Shown here piece after piece: positions 9,900-19,552 of a stretch of 64,000 bases of DNA. Origin of the DNA: Candidatus Saccharimonadota bacterium (GTDB lineage Bacteria; Patescibacteriota; Saccharimonadia; Saccharimonadales; AWTP1-31); NCBI GenBank assembly GCA_052034955.1, contig JBPOHZ010000016.1:41273-105272 (forward strand), written 5' to 3'. The translations under genes were made by a program, and so were the position numbers. The notes beneath the pieces are model-generated. The model did no database searches, was not told where the DNA came from, and saw only the letters and a program-made list of their open reading frames with translations. Numbering within the stretch: the stretch's first letter is position 1; each line of letters starts with the position of its first letter.

Positions 9900-10982
9900 T
9901 TATGACAGATTTGCCTCAAGATAAGCATCGATGAATGGCTCTAAATTACCATCTAAAACTGACTCTGGATCACTAGTCTCGTATCTTGTACGAAGATCTT
10001 TTACCTGCTTATAGGGGTGTAGCACGTAGCTCCTGATTTGATTACCCCACTCCGCAGATTGATTTGGTCCTTTTAGCTCACTTAGCTTATCTTTATGTTG
10101 CTCAAGTTTTAGGGCCGCCAGTCTAGACCTAAGAATCGTCATGGCTGTTTCTTTATTTTGCAGCTGCGATCGTTCATTCTGGATTGCCACTACTACCCCT
10201 GTTGGCAAATGCGTAATACGGACCGCTGAGTCGGTAGTATTCACGCTCTGCCCACCATGACCACCTGCCCGGTAAACATCTATCTTGAGCTCTGTTGGGT
10301 CAATTTCTAGTTCGTCTGGTTTATCAATTTTGGGCATTACTTCAACTTTGGCAAAGCTAGTTTGCCTTAAATTATCAGAATTAAAGGGACTGAGTCTTAC
10401 CAGTCGGTGCACTCCAACCTCGCTGGCAAGCTTTCCATATACAAAAGAACCACCTATTTCTAGAGTGGCCTTTTTTAATCCCGCCTCATCGCCAGGTGAC
10501 TCGTCTACAAGTGTTATTGCATACTTTTGCTGCTCTGCCCATCTGGTATACATTCGAAGCAGCATTGCCGTCCAATCTTGAGCATCGGTTCCACCAGCCC
10601 CAGCCGACAGTGTCAGCACGGCATCGTGGTCATCATATTTACCGTTAAATCGTAGATCGGCCTTTAGCTTAGCAAACTTTTCTTCGGATAACTTTAGTTG
10701 TCTAGACAAATCATCAGTTAGCGTCGGATCGTCCAAGTCCACCATAGCAATTATGTCATCGAGTTCCCTACCTAACTCTAGCCAAGGGTTAATCCTATCA
10801 CCCAACAAAGACTGCCTTTTCATGATTACTTGAGCTTTTTCGGTATCTTTCCAGAAATCTGGTTCTGAGATACGGTCATCTAAAGTCGAGAGCTCCTCTT
10901 TAAGCTGATCTAACTTCAAGCGACCTACTGCATTATCGAAATCAGACTTTAAAGTTTTAAGATGTTTATTAAGCTCATCCAT
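9900..10982 (-). CDS. prfB: Peptide chain release factor 2 (single uninterrupted frame)
   Basis: SPF tripeptide (RLSPFNS) and GGQ ([11 protein letters not shown]). The N-terminus MDELNKHLK...GRLKLDQLKEEL is in the same frame as the body. Confidence 0.95.
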   Translation of the reverse strand: MDELNKHLKTLKSDFDNAVGRLKLDQLKEELSTLDDRISEPDFWKDTEKAQVIMKRQSLLGDRINPWLELGRELDDIIAMVDLDDPTLTDDLSRQLKLSEEKFAKLKADLRFNGKYDDHDAVLTLSAGAGGTDAQDWTAMLLRMYTRWAEQQKYAITLVDESPGDEAGLKKATLEIGGSFVYGKLASEVGVHRLVRLSPFNSDNLRQTSFAKVEVMPKIDKPDELEIDPTELKIDVYRAGGHGGQSVNTTDSAVRITHLPTGVVVAIQNERSQLQNKETAMTILRSRLAALKLEQHKDKLSELKGPNQSAEWGNQIRSYVLHPYKQVKDLRTRYETSDPESVLDGNLEPFIDAYLEANLS

Positions 10983-11003
10983 ATGCTGAATTATAACAGC
11001 GTA

Positions 11004-12296
11004 TTAGCTACGTTCCCAAAGTGGAGAAACTTGCTTTTGCAGATCATCTAAAAAGTTATCGGCTGCGTTTCCTAATACTCCTAGGCCCCATGTTTTATCG
11101 GCAAACATTTCTCTGCTTACGTCTACTATTCCCTGTTTAGTTATAGCTTCGATGCGCTCTGGAACTTTATAGTAGTCATCGATGTGATCATCAAAAAAGT
11201 ATCGATAACTATATCCACTTGCCGTGCCTCCTACAGTCTGACCGCTGCGTTGATAGCGGCCAAGTGCATACTGTTTTGCAGATTCAATATCCTCGTCTGA
11301 TATTTGACCATCAAAGACTTCGTGGAGCTCTTTTGTAATTATTCCAAAGAGCGCCGTAGCATTGGCCGGCATTACCTGAGCGCCAAACCACCAGTTTGAG
11401 CTATCCCTTGTATGCCCCATTCCCGAACTCATACTATAAACCAATCCCCTTTCTCGTGCCGTACCAAGTATTCTGGAATAAAGAGTTTCGGTTAACATAG
11501 TGTTAATAAGACTTAGATTATCGGACTGCGAATCGCTTAGTCTATGTTGGGCGAATGTATCCAGATAGAAATATAGATTATCAACCGTATCATTCTGGAT
11601 GTATAGAGGTTCGGAAAGTCCTTTTGGTTTTTCGGATGGTAAAGCTATTCTGCCCTTTCCCTTGGGAAGTTCAATTTCAGCAAAAAGCTGTTCGATAGTT
11701 TTTCTTCGTGATGCATTCAAATTACCTGCCAGAATAAAACGCATATTACTACTAGTGTGCGTAGCTTTGTAATGGTCGGTGATGTCATCCAAAGTAACAT
11801 TATCCATCAACTTTAGTCGTTCTTGATCAGTCTTTACGTAAAAACCATACTTTTGACGCAATGCCAGACTCAAATGTCTAAAGTGGTTATTAGATCTAGC
11901 CGTCATCTCCTCCCGAACATTGCCGAACTCTGCCTCGAACTCTTCGCTCAAGAAAAGAGGTTTAGTAATAGATGTTAGGAGTAGGCCAAATACTCTATCC
12001 CACTCAAAGTCAGCACATTCTGCCTCGTATATGACATCGTAGCTACCCGTGGATGCATTAGAATAGGCGCCATTTTTTTCGAACTCAGCTTGAAAAGCCC
12101 TAGCCTTTGGAACCAACTCGTTAGCTCCAAGAAGCATGTGCTCCATAATATGAGCCGTCTCCCACTTTTTCTTCTTGGTTAGATAATCTCCAGCACGAAA
12201 ATTAATCTCGAAGCTCATTACACTGGCGTCTGGAACATGAATAAGCAAGCCTTTTGCTCCATTTGCTAGTTTTACTTCGTGAACTGTATGTTTCAA
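11004..12296 (-). CDS. M16 (pitrilysin/insulinase-like) zinc peptidase
   Basis: Inverted zinc motif HIMEH (HxxEH) near the N-terminus; 430 aa. Confidence 0.8.
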   Translation of the reverse strand: MKHTVHEVKLANGAKGLLIHVPDASVMSFEINFRAGDYLTKKKKWETAHIMEHMLLGANELVPKARAFQAEFEKNGAYSNASTGSYDVIYEAECADFEWDRVFGLLLTSITKPLFLSEEFEAEFGNVREEMTARSNNHFRHLSLALRQKYGFYVKTDQERLKLMDNVTLDDITDHYKATHTSSNMRFILAGNLNASRRKTIEQLFAEIELPKGKGRIALPSEKPKGLSEPLYIQNDTVDNLYFYLDTFAQHRLSDSQSDNLSLINTMLTETLYSRILGTARERGLVYSMSSGMGHTRDSSNWWFGAQVMPANATALFGIITKELHEVFDGQISDEDIESAKQYALGRYQRSGQTVGGTASGYSYRYFFDDHIDDYYKVPERIEAITKQGIVDVSREMFADKTWGLGVLGNAADNFLDDLQKQVSPLWERS

Positions 12297-14894
12297 CTAC
12301 TTCTTGCCTTTTTTTCGTCGCTTGCGTTCTGCCTTACGAGCTTTTTTACGTTTATCAGTGCTAATTACTTTTTTGGATCCACCCTTGTGCTGACCAGCGG
12401 GTACAAAATCTTCTTCGGTAAATTCGTCGGCTTCAATAATCTTGTCGGCGTTATCAACCGATTTACGAGCTGCCCTGGTTAGTTCTGTCTCTACTGGTGC
12501 CTCGTCGGCATCAACAGGTTCGGCGCTATATATTGCCCGAACAACATCATGCCTTAACGACGCCTGCATCTCTTCGAACATGTGTTGACCCTGTCTTCGG
12601 TATTCTACAAGTGGATCCCGCTGACCGACACTAATCCAGTGAATGCCCTCTCGAAGGTGATCCATGTTCTCGAGGTGCTGCATCCAAAGATTATCTAGAA
12701 TCTGTAGATATATATCTCGCTCTACTTTTCGCATTGTTTCATTACCAAAAGTCTTTTCTTGGGATTCATAAAGCTTCTGGGCTTGTTCTAGTAGCGCCTT
12801 ATCAAACTTTTCGGCAGGTGTATCAAATAACTTATCTAAAGTCTTCTCATCAAACGGGAATACTTCTCTTAGCAGAGTCTCGTAGTGGTCGGTGGTGGCG
12901 AGATTAGATGACGCAAGATCCTTAACTTCGTCAGCGATAAATAGCTTAATACGCTTACTGATGTCTGGTTGCATCAAAATCTCTCGGCGCATAGCGTATG
13001 TGGCCCTACGATGTCGATTCATTACATCGTCATATTGAACGACATTCTTACGCTGATCGAAATTATGACCTTCGACTTTCTTTTGTGCACCCTCGAGACT
13101 CTTACTTATAATACGATTCTCTATCGGTGTCTCGTCGTCTACATTAAGACGATCCATAACATTTGCGATTCTATCGCCACCAAAAATACGCATTAGATCG
13201 TCTTCGGTACTTACAAAGAATTGAGTAATACCCGGATCCCCCTGTCGTCCAGAACGTCCACGTAACTGGTTGTCGATTCGGCGAGATTCGTGCCTTTCGG
13301 ATCCCAGAACAAATAGTCCACCGAGTTTTTTAGTTTCTTCGTCCAGAACGATGTCGGTACCACGACCAGCAATGTTAGTTGCAAGTGTTACGCCGCCCTT
13401 TTGGCCAGCTTTTGCAACAATTGCAGCTTCTTTTTCGTTATTCTTTGCATTTAGAATCTGGTGGGGAACACCTTGTTTCTTAAGCAATCGACTAAGTTCT
13501 TCGTTCTTTTCGATAGAAACGGTACCAATCAGAACTGGCTGACCTTTTTGGTGCAACATAGCAACCTCACGGGCAATTGCTTTGAACTTACCAGCTTCGG
13601 TCTTATAGATACGGTCTGTACGGTCAATACGCGCTACTTCACGGTTTGATGGTATCTGAAGAACATCCAGCTTATAAATCTGGTGGAATTCTTCACTTTC
13701 AGTCTCGGCAGTTCCGGTCATACCGGATAATTTTTCATACAGACGGAAATAATTCTGAAAACTTATTGTGGCTAGTGTCATGGATTCTTCCTGAACTTCA
13801 ACACCCTCTTTAGCTTCGATTGCCTGGTGCAGCCCCTCGTTATAACGACGTCCTTTTAGAAGTCGTCCTGTAAACTCATCAACAATCACTACTTCGCCAT
13901 CGCTACTTACAACGTAGTCTTTATCACGCTTGAACAATGCCTGGGCCTTGAGAGCTTGATCTAAGTGATAGATATTACGGATGTTATCGCTACCGTATAG
14001 GTTGTCCAGCCCTAGTAATTTTTCGACAAAAGTTACTCCATCATCTGTTAGAACGGCAGCTTTTCGCTTTTCGTCTATTTCGTAGTGCTTTTCGGCCACC
14101 AGTTGCCTAGCCACTTTAGAAAACTGCGCGTAAGCATTACCACTGGTTGCAGCCGGAGCTGAAATAATAAGCGGAGTACGAGCTTCATCAATAAGAATTG
14201 AGTCTACTTCGTCGACAATTGCAAAGTGCAGATCACGTTGTCGTAGCTGGTCTAGTTCTCGGACCATGTTGTCACGTAAGTAATCAAAACCGAATTCGTT
14301 GTTGGTACCATATGTTACATCTGCAGCATAAGCTTCCTGCCTAGTACATGGTCGCAGGTGCCTAAATCGTTCATCCTGATGATCCTTGTTTGTAAACTTT
14401 GGATCGTAAATATATGATTCATCAGCAATAATAACACCGGTAGTGAGACCCATAAATCCGTAAACTTGACCCATCCAACCGGCATCACGTTGAGCAAGAT
14501 AATCGTTGACCGTAACAACGTGAACACCCTTTTCTGTAAGAGCATTAAGATAAACCGGGGCAGTTGCCACCAAGGTCTTACCCTCTCCTGTTTTCATCTC
14601 GGCTACGTTTCCTTCGTGTAAAGCCATACCACCCACCATCTGTACGTCAAAGTGGCGCTGACCAATAGCCCGCCAAGCCGCTTCGCGGATTACGGCAAAG
14701 GCATCCGGCATGATCTTGTCGAGACTTTCTTTTTCTAATCTCTTTTTTAACACAGAGGTCTGTTCTTTAAGCTTAGAATCAGAAAGCTTCTTGTACTTAT
14801 CGCTAAGTACGTTAATATCCTTCACACGCTTTTGCATGCGTTTAACAGTTTTGGCCTGGGGGTCACCCAGAATCTTCTTAAAAGCCTTCTTCAT
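12297..14894 (-). CDS. secA: Preprotein translocase ATPase SecA
   Basis: MKTGEGKTLVATAP and DEVDSILIDEARTPLIIS motor motifs; 865 aa. The C-terminus is a Lys/Arg-rich tail with no Cys/His zinc-finger motif. Confidence 0.97.
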   Translation of the reverse strand: MKKAFKKILGDPQAKTVKRMQKRVKDINVLSDKYKKLSDSKLKEQTSVLKKRLEKESLDKIMPDAFAVIREAAWRAIGQRHFDVQMVGGMALHEGNVAEMKTGEGKTLVATAPVYLNALTEKGVHVVTVNDYLAQRDAGWMGQVYGFMGLTTGVIIADESYIYDPKFTNKDHQDERFRHLRPCTRQEAYAADVTYGTNNEFGFDYLRDNMVRELDQLRQRDLHFAIVDEVDSILIDEARTPLIISAPAATSGNAYAQFSKVARQLVAEKHYEIDEKRKAAVLTDDGVTFVEKLLGLDNLYGSDNIRNIYHLDQALKAQALFKRDKDYVVSSDGEVVIVDEFTGRLLKGRRYNEGLHQAIEAKEGVEVQEESMTLATISFQNYFRLYEKLSGMTGTAETESEEFHQIYKLDVLQIPSNREVARIDRTDRIYKTEAGKFKAIAREVAMLHQKGQPVLIGTVSIEKNEELSRLLKKQGVPHQILNAKNNEKEAAIVAKAGQKGGVTLATNIAGRGTDIVLDEETKKLGGLFVLGSERHESRRIDNQLRGRSGRQGDPGITQFFVSTEDDLMRIFGGDRIANVMDRLNVDDETPIENRIISKSLEGAQKKVEGHNFDQRKNVVQYDDVMNRHRRATYAMRREILMQPDISKRIKLFIADEVKDLASSNLATTDHYETLLREVFPFDEKTLDKLFDTPAEKFDKALLEQAQKLYESQEKTFGNETMRKVERDIYLQILDNLWMQHLENMDHLREGIHWISVGQRDPLVEYRRQGQHMFEEMQASLRHDVVRAIYSAEPVDADEAPVETELTRAARKSVDNADKIIEADEFTEEDFVPAGQHKGGSKKVISTDKRKKARKAERKRRKKGKK

Positions 14895-14982
14895 TCGCTA
14901 ACAGTCCTCCGCAAGTTTCCTGGTCTTTTTGAATCAATTTATTGTACCACTGTTACCGCGGTTATGGGCAGGGTAATTTTTA

Positions 14983-15354
14983 CTATTGTTCTCTGGCGCT
15001 TGATCGCTTAAATTTAGCCAAGACTCGATGATGAAGTCGACCCGAGCCATGCATTTGTTTGTATTTTTTAATTCGATTTTTTAGCTTTTCTTCTACAACA
15101 TCAACGGCTGCAAACATGTTTACAGTAGTCTCTTTTGTTGAAATTGTTTCTTTAGGTAACTTTAATATGACTTCGCACGAACATTCAACACGCTGCTTGA
15201 TCTTTTGTTCCTTTAATCGAACTTCAACATGGGCAGATTCACGCGCCGCCTTTGGCATATACTGATCTAGCTTGCCTATTTTCTTAGAAATATACTTTCT
15301 TAGATCATCGGTCACTTCTGTATGAATACCAGTTATTTCAATTCGTTGTATCAT
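14983..15354 (-). CDS. hpf: Ribosome hibernation promoting factor / RaiA family (short form)
   Basis: MIQRIEITGIHTEVTDDLRKYISKKIGKL... matches the S30AE/HPF N-terminal fold. Sits in the Firmicutes-like hpf-secA position. Confidence 0.85.
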   Translation of the reverse strand: MIQRIEITGIHTEVTDDLRKYISKKIGKLDQYMPKAARESAHVEVRLKEQKIKQRVECSCEVILKLPKETISTKETTVNMFAAVDVVEEKLKNRIKKYKQMHGSGRLHHRVLAKFKRSSAREQ

Positions 15355-16646
15355 ATTTTTTCTTTGCCTCCCATATAAGCTCTTAATACTTCTGGAATTA
15401 CCACATCTCCCTCGGCCGTCTGGTAGTTCTCTAAAATGGCGACTGGCCCCCTGCTTAGCGGCAAGGCCGTAGCGTCATTGGTATGAATAAGATCAACTCC
15501 TGTTTGACGACGAACTCGAGTTTTTAAACGCCGCGCCTGGTAGTCTGTCATATAATCGGCTGTATGAGTTTCACGATATTTTCCTTGCCCTGGCATCCAA
15601 GCGTTTATGTCTATACCTTGAGCGTTTGGCTTACCAATATCAGCCGTGCATTTACTCATTAGTTGATATGGGATTCCAAGCATCGTCATAAGTTTCTCTT
15701 GAATGGCTACCATAAATTGGTGCTCAGCCAAACCTGCCTCAGCTACCCCTAGACTCTCCATCTCGAGCTTGTCAAATTGATGCATCCGGAAAAAGCCTTC
15801 CATGTCCTTACCATATGTACCAGCTTCTTTTCGAAAACTAGTTGCATAGCCGATATAGCGAATTGGCAAGTCAGACTCAGGAATTATCTCATTTGCATGC
15901 ATGCTACCCAGTACATGCTCAGCACTTCCTTGAAGCCAAAGCTCTTCTCCTTCAATTTTATATCGATCGTCGCTCGGCTCAAGACGATCCATAGCATCGT
16001 ACATTTCGGTACGAATCATATATGGAGGAAGTACCGGCTTAAATGGCTTATTACTGACGCTTAGATTATTATCTTTAATAACCTCATCTATAAATTCTTG
16101 GTCGGATAATTTATCGATAACAAATTGTATAATTGCAAATTGTAGCTTTACCAAATCACCTTGTAAGTATGCAAATCTAGCACCAGTTACTTTGGCTGCT
16201 CGTTCTTTGTCCAACCAACCCTTAGCCTCGGCTAACTGCGCATGATTCTTTGGTTCGAAATCAAACTTTGTTGGCTCGCCGACTGTTTTAGTAACTACAT
16301 TCTCGTCTTCTGAAGCACCAATTGGTACGTCTTGCAGAGGCATATTTGGAACTGCCTTTAACAAATTCGTGAAATCATGATCTAACGGTGCTAGCTTTTG
16401 CTCTAGAACAAGAACTTTGTCTTTAAGATCTTTCCCCTTATCTATTTGTTCAGGGCTAGGCTTACCGGCACTTAAACTAGCGCTGTGAGTATTGCGTAAA
16501 GCTCGCGCTTCTTCTAAATCTACTAGTAAATTGCGTCGCTCTTCGTCAACCTTTAGTAAGGCATCTATATCAACTTGGTAACCTTTTTGCTTAGACTTTT
16601 CGGCTACTAATTCTGCATTGTCTCGAATAAACTGAATATCTAACAT
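15351..16646 (-). CDS. serS: Seryl-tRNA synthetase
   Basis: Track ORF trimmed to MLDIQFIRDN. N-terminal coiled-coil arm plus class II core. Confidence 0.95.
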   Translation of the reverse strand: MLDIQFIRDNAELVAEKSKQKGYQVDIDALLKVDEERRNLLVDLEEARALRNTHSASLSAGKPSPEQIDKGKDLKDKVLVLEQKLAPLDHDFTNLLKAVPNMPLQDVPIGASEDENVVTKTVGEPTKFDFEPKNHAQLAEAKGWLDKERAAKVTGARFAYLQGDLVKLQFAIIQFVIDKLSDQEFIDEVIKDNNLSVSNKPFKPVLPPYMIRTEMYDAMDRLEPSDDRYKIEGEELWLQGSAEHVLGSMHANEIIPESDLPIRYIGYATSFRKEAGTYGKDMEGFFRMHQFDKLEMESLGVAEAGLAEHQFMVAIQEKLMTMLGIPYQLMSKCTADIGKPNAQGIDINAWMPGQGKYRETHTADYMTDYQARRLKTRVRRQTGVDLIHTNDATALPLSRGPVAILENYQTAEGDVVIPEVLRAYMGGKEKI

Positions 16647-16672
16647 ATACCCAGTATAACTTAACATTGAGC

Positions 16673-17458
16673 TTATTTCTTGTTTGAAATAGCTTCGAGT
16701 GTAAGCTCCGTCCTACGACGGGCATAACTACAATAATCACATTCCCCACCCATTGCTGCCCGGCCAACAGGTGGCATGTCATCATCCATGCATTCTTTCA
16801 TTGCAATCAGAGTCTTTTCGACCCAAGAATCTTCGCCTACATGTGGAAATACGTTTGTTCTAAATTCCACGACATTATTAAATCCGTCCTTACTAGCATC
16901 TCCATTGGCGTAGACAAAATACCCCGTATCACTTACCTTGTGGTTATTTGCCCTCAGCAACCACTGGTATGTTTCCATCTGTCTTCGGTAGCTATCTTGC
17001 CATCCACCTACAGGACCTAAGCCTGTGATCTCCTTATCCTTGGCTGTTGCCTTATAGTCGACAACGATCAATTCTCCAGCATCATTCACCCAAACGTCAT
17101 CAACAGCTCCAAATACATGAAGATTGGTTGGCTCGTGAAGAGTAAATACCCCAACAAAATTTTCTCTCCAAGTATCTATATCTTTATGAGCAAAAGGCTT
17201 GGCAGCTATATTGAATTCAACTTGCAGAGGATGTTGAGTGCCCGCTTTACGGTGCACATCGAACTCTTTTTTAAATAATTCATCTATAGCTTTGTTGATA
17301 TTAAAAGGCGGCGTATTGGGGCGAGTAATTTTGTGTCTAACATCCAGCCAAAAACACCTTGGACACTGCATAAACAGCTCTATTTTACTTCGACTAACTT
17401 TAAATGGAGCTGTTTGCCCAGGTATGTATGGCTGGCTACGTTCTCTCCAATAATTCAT
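16673..17458 (-). CDS. PD-(D/E)XK nuclease family protein with Cas4/AddB-like Cys cluster
   Basis: GAVDDV...LIVVDYKAT gives D...(D/E)xK. One N-terminal Cys pair (MQCPRCFW) and C-terminal GGECDYCSY suggest an Fe-S or metal cluster. Confidence 0.7.
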   Translation of the reverse strand: MNYWRERSQPYIPGQTAPFKVSRSKIELFMQCPRCFWLDVRHKITRPNTPPFNINKAIDELFKKEFDVHRKAGTQHPLQVEFNIAAKPFAHKDIDTWRENFVGVFTLHEPTNLHVFGAVDDVWVNDAGELIVVDYKATAKDKEITGLGPVGGWQDSYRRQMETYQWLLRANNHKVSDTGYFVYANGDASKDGFNNVVEFRTNVFPHVGEDSWVEKTLIAMKECMDDDMPPVGRAAMGGECDYCSYARRRTELTLEAISNKK

Positions 17459-17485
17459 CAGCTCATTGTACCAGTTAAAACCGGG

Positions 17486-18295
17486 CTAAGGACGAAGGGC
17501 GCCAAAGAATATTTGCCATGCAAGCGCAGATTTAGCAACCAAGCTTAAGATCATATAAACACGCTCACCGTATAAGTAATCGGCCCATTTGCCAACTTTC
17601 TTATACTGAAGATACATATTAATAGCGAAGCTGTTAAAGAATACGAACATTGTTCCGTATATAAAGTAAACAAATGTTGGAATATTACCAGATCCGTAAG
17701 CAGCTATTCCTGCCACATAGATACCAAACACGATCCATGGAACGATACCAGCAACACAACCCAACCAGTAAGGTAGCCAGTCAATCTTCTTCTGCCCTTG
17801 GTTTCTATATTCCATGACTAGCCCCATGCTATTCATCAAGAAGTCCAAAACAAAGATCATAACCAAAGAAGATAGATCATAGATTCCACTTAAGAGCCCG
17901 ATTGCCACCATCATCGTACTGGCGCTTAGTCCGTACTCAATCCAGCGAACTTTATTAAGTCCTTTCTTTAGATCTGATTCATATGTCTTTCGATACTTAG
18001 TTGCTACAAACAGATGAGCAATCGAAGACATCAAAAAGAAGGCAGCTGCTAGATAGACAATGTTTACATTAAAAAGCGTGTGCTGAGCTGTAGCTAGAAC
18101 CGGCCTACCAGCTATCTTTGATGCGATTGTATCTTGGGTTAGGTAATTTGTGATTATAGGCCAACTTACATTGCCGGCAAGCAGCAACACAGCTACTGCC
18201 TGGATAAAATGTAGCCCTGCTAGATATTTATTCCACTTGTTTAATGACTCTATCTTTATTGTTTTTTTGCTCTTGAATCTGTTTAGTAATTTCAT
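17486..18295 (-). CDS. Heliorhodopsin (7-TM retinal protein, inverted topology family)
   Basis: Long motif-level identity to prototype heliorhodopsin 48C12 as I recall it: RWIEYGLSASTMMVAI, YWLGCVAGIVPWIVFGIYV, FFNSFAINMYLQYKKVGKW, ERVYMILSLVAKSALAWQIF. Schiff-base Lys is K255 (codon 17531-17533). Counterion Glu is E120. H29 and H94 are conserved. Confidence 0.85.
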   Translation of the reverse strand: MKLLNRFKSKKTIKIESLNKWNKYLAGLHFIQAVAVLLLAGNVSWPIITNYLTQDTIASKIAGRPVLATAQHTLFNVNIVYLAAAFFLMSSIAHLFVATKYRKTYESDLKKGLNKVRWIEYGLSASTMMVAIGLLSGIYDLSSLVMIFVLDFLMNSMGLVMEYRNQGQKKIDWLPYWLGCVAGIVPWIVFGIYVAGIAAYGSGNIPTFVYFIYGTMFVFFNSFAINMYLQYKKVGKWADYLYGERVYMILSLVAKSALAWQIFFGALRP

Positions 18296-18301
18296 ACCTG
18301 C

Positions 18302-18310
18302 ACTATAACA
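18302..18310 (-). promoter_or_regulatory. Extended -10 promoter (TGTTATAGT), 6 nt upstream of the heliorhodopsin ATG (leaderless candidate)
   Basis: Minus strand reads TGT-TATAGT-gcaggt-ATG. Confidence 0.5.
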
Positions 18311-18335
18311 TATTAAGAAAACCGACCGTCTCCAA

Positions 18336-18344
18336 TGTTATACT
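18336..18344 (+). promoter_or_regulatory. Extended -10 promoter (TGTTATACT), 10 nt upstream of the sortase ATG
   Basis: TGT-TATACT-aatgctatag-ATG. Divergent from the heliorhodopsin promoter within a 59-bp spacer. Confidence 0.45.
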
Positions 18345-18354
18345 AATGCTATAG

Positions 18355-19017
18355 ATGAGATCAAAAATTAAGCTACCACAGCGTAAGACGATTGCCGGCA
18401 GATTTCCTTCTCGTCCGAAGAGATCCCTTAAAACTCGACTAGCCTTGTGGCTGCTGTCGATAATCGCCCTAGTGAGCTTCCTTCTACTTATACTTCCCTA
18501 TTTGCCCAGACTTGGCTTCTTGATTAACCGCCCCAAGATTGATCCCACTAGCTATCAACAAGAAGCCGAAGCAACCAGAAAAGGCGCAGGACTGGCTGTT
18601 GATTCTAAGAAATCTGGAAACCGTTTAATATTGCCCGACATAGGTGTCGACTCTGAGATAATTGAGGGAGCTAATTTATGGGTTATAGGCAAGAACCAAG
18701 GAGTATGGCGAGAATCCAGGGACGTAACCCCTGACAAGGATGGGAATATCGTAATTGCCGGCCATAGATTCTTATACACCGCACGCAATGGTGGCTGGTT
18801 CTACAATCTACCAGAACTAAAGACCGGTAACAGAATCTATATAAAATGGGATTCGAAGACCTATGAATACGAGGTCTACAACACCCGAACCGTAGAACCA
18901 ACCCAAGTAGATATCAGGGATAAAGACCCTAAAGTAAGTCGCAAACTAACCATGTACACTTGTTATCCGCTTGGTAGTACATCGAAACGGTTTGTGGTCG
19001 AAGCCAAGCAGATCTAG
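18355..19017 (+). CDS. Sortase family transpeptidase
   Basis: N-terminal TM anchor, catalytic His (NIVIAGHR), and Cys in the TLxTC-like motif LTMYTCYP. Confidence 0.8.
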   Translation: MRSKIKLPQRKTIAGRFPSRPKRSLKTRLALWLLSIIALVSFLLLILPYLPRLGFLINRPKIDPTSYQQEAEATRKGAGLAVDSKKSGNRLILPDIGVDSEIIEGANLWVIGKNQGVWRESRDVTPDKDGNIVIAGHRFLYTARNGGWFYNLPELKTGNRIYIKWDSKTYEYEVYNTRTVEPTQVDIRDKDPKVSRKLTMYTCYPLGSTSKRFVVEAKQI

Positions 19018-19550
19018 TCAGTCCTTAGGCTAGCAGCAAACTTCTGGCGTAATTTCAACAGTTTAGGATTAATTATTACTTGGCAGTAAGCCAGCTCGGG
19101 ATGCTTCTGAAAGAAGTTCTGGTGTTCATCTTCAGCAGGACAAAAAGTTTCTAGCTCCTTTACTTCTGTGACTATTGGATCATTCCATAATTTTGAAACA
19201 ACTTCCATGGACTTATCGATAGTCAATTTCTGGTCGTTACTCGTATAGAGAATTATTGACCTATACTCTGTACCTTTATCGTTCCCTTGGTAATTTAAGG
19301 TTGTAGGATCATGCATCGCCCAATAGATATCCAATACGTCTTCCAACTTAATAACAGATATATCAAAAGTTACTTTCACCACCTCGGCATGACCGGTTCT
19401 GCCAGACGCTACCTGATAATATCCGGGATCTACCGTATTTCCGCCCGCGTAGCCAGAAATAACTTCCGTTACCCCATTAATCAGTCTATAGCCTGCATCA
19501 AGACACCAAAAACACCCTCCTCCAAGGACTATGCTTTCAGTTTTTGACAT
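19014..19550 (-). CDS. msrA: Peptide-methionine (S)-S-oxide reductase MsrA
   Basis: GGGCFWC active-site motif; 178 aa. Confidence 0.93.
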   Translation of the reverse strand: MSKTESIVLGGGCFWCLDAGYRLINGVTEVISGYAGGNTVDPGYYQVASGRTGHAEVVKVTFDISVIKLEDVLDIYWAMHDPTTLNYQGNDKGTEYRSIILYTSNDQKLTIDKSMEVVSKLWNDPIVTEVKELETFCPAEDEHQNFFQKHPELAYCQVIINPKLLKLRQKFAASLRTD

Positions 19551-19552
19551 AA

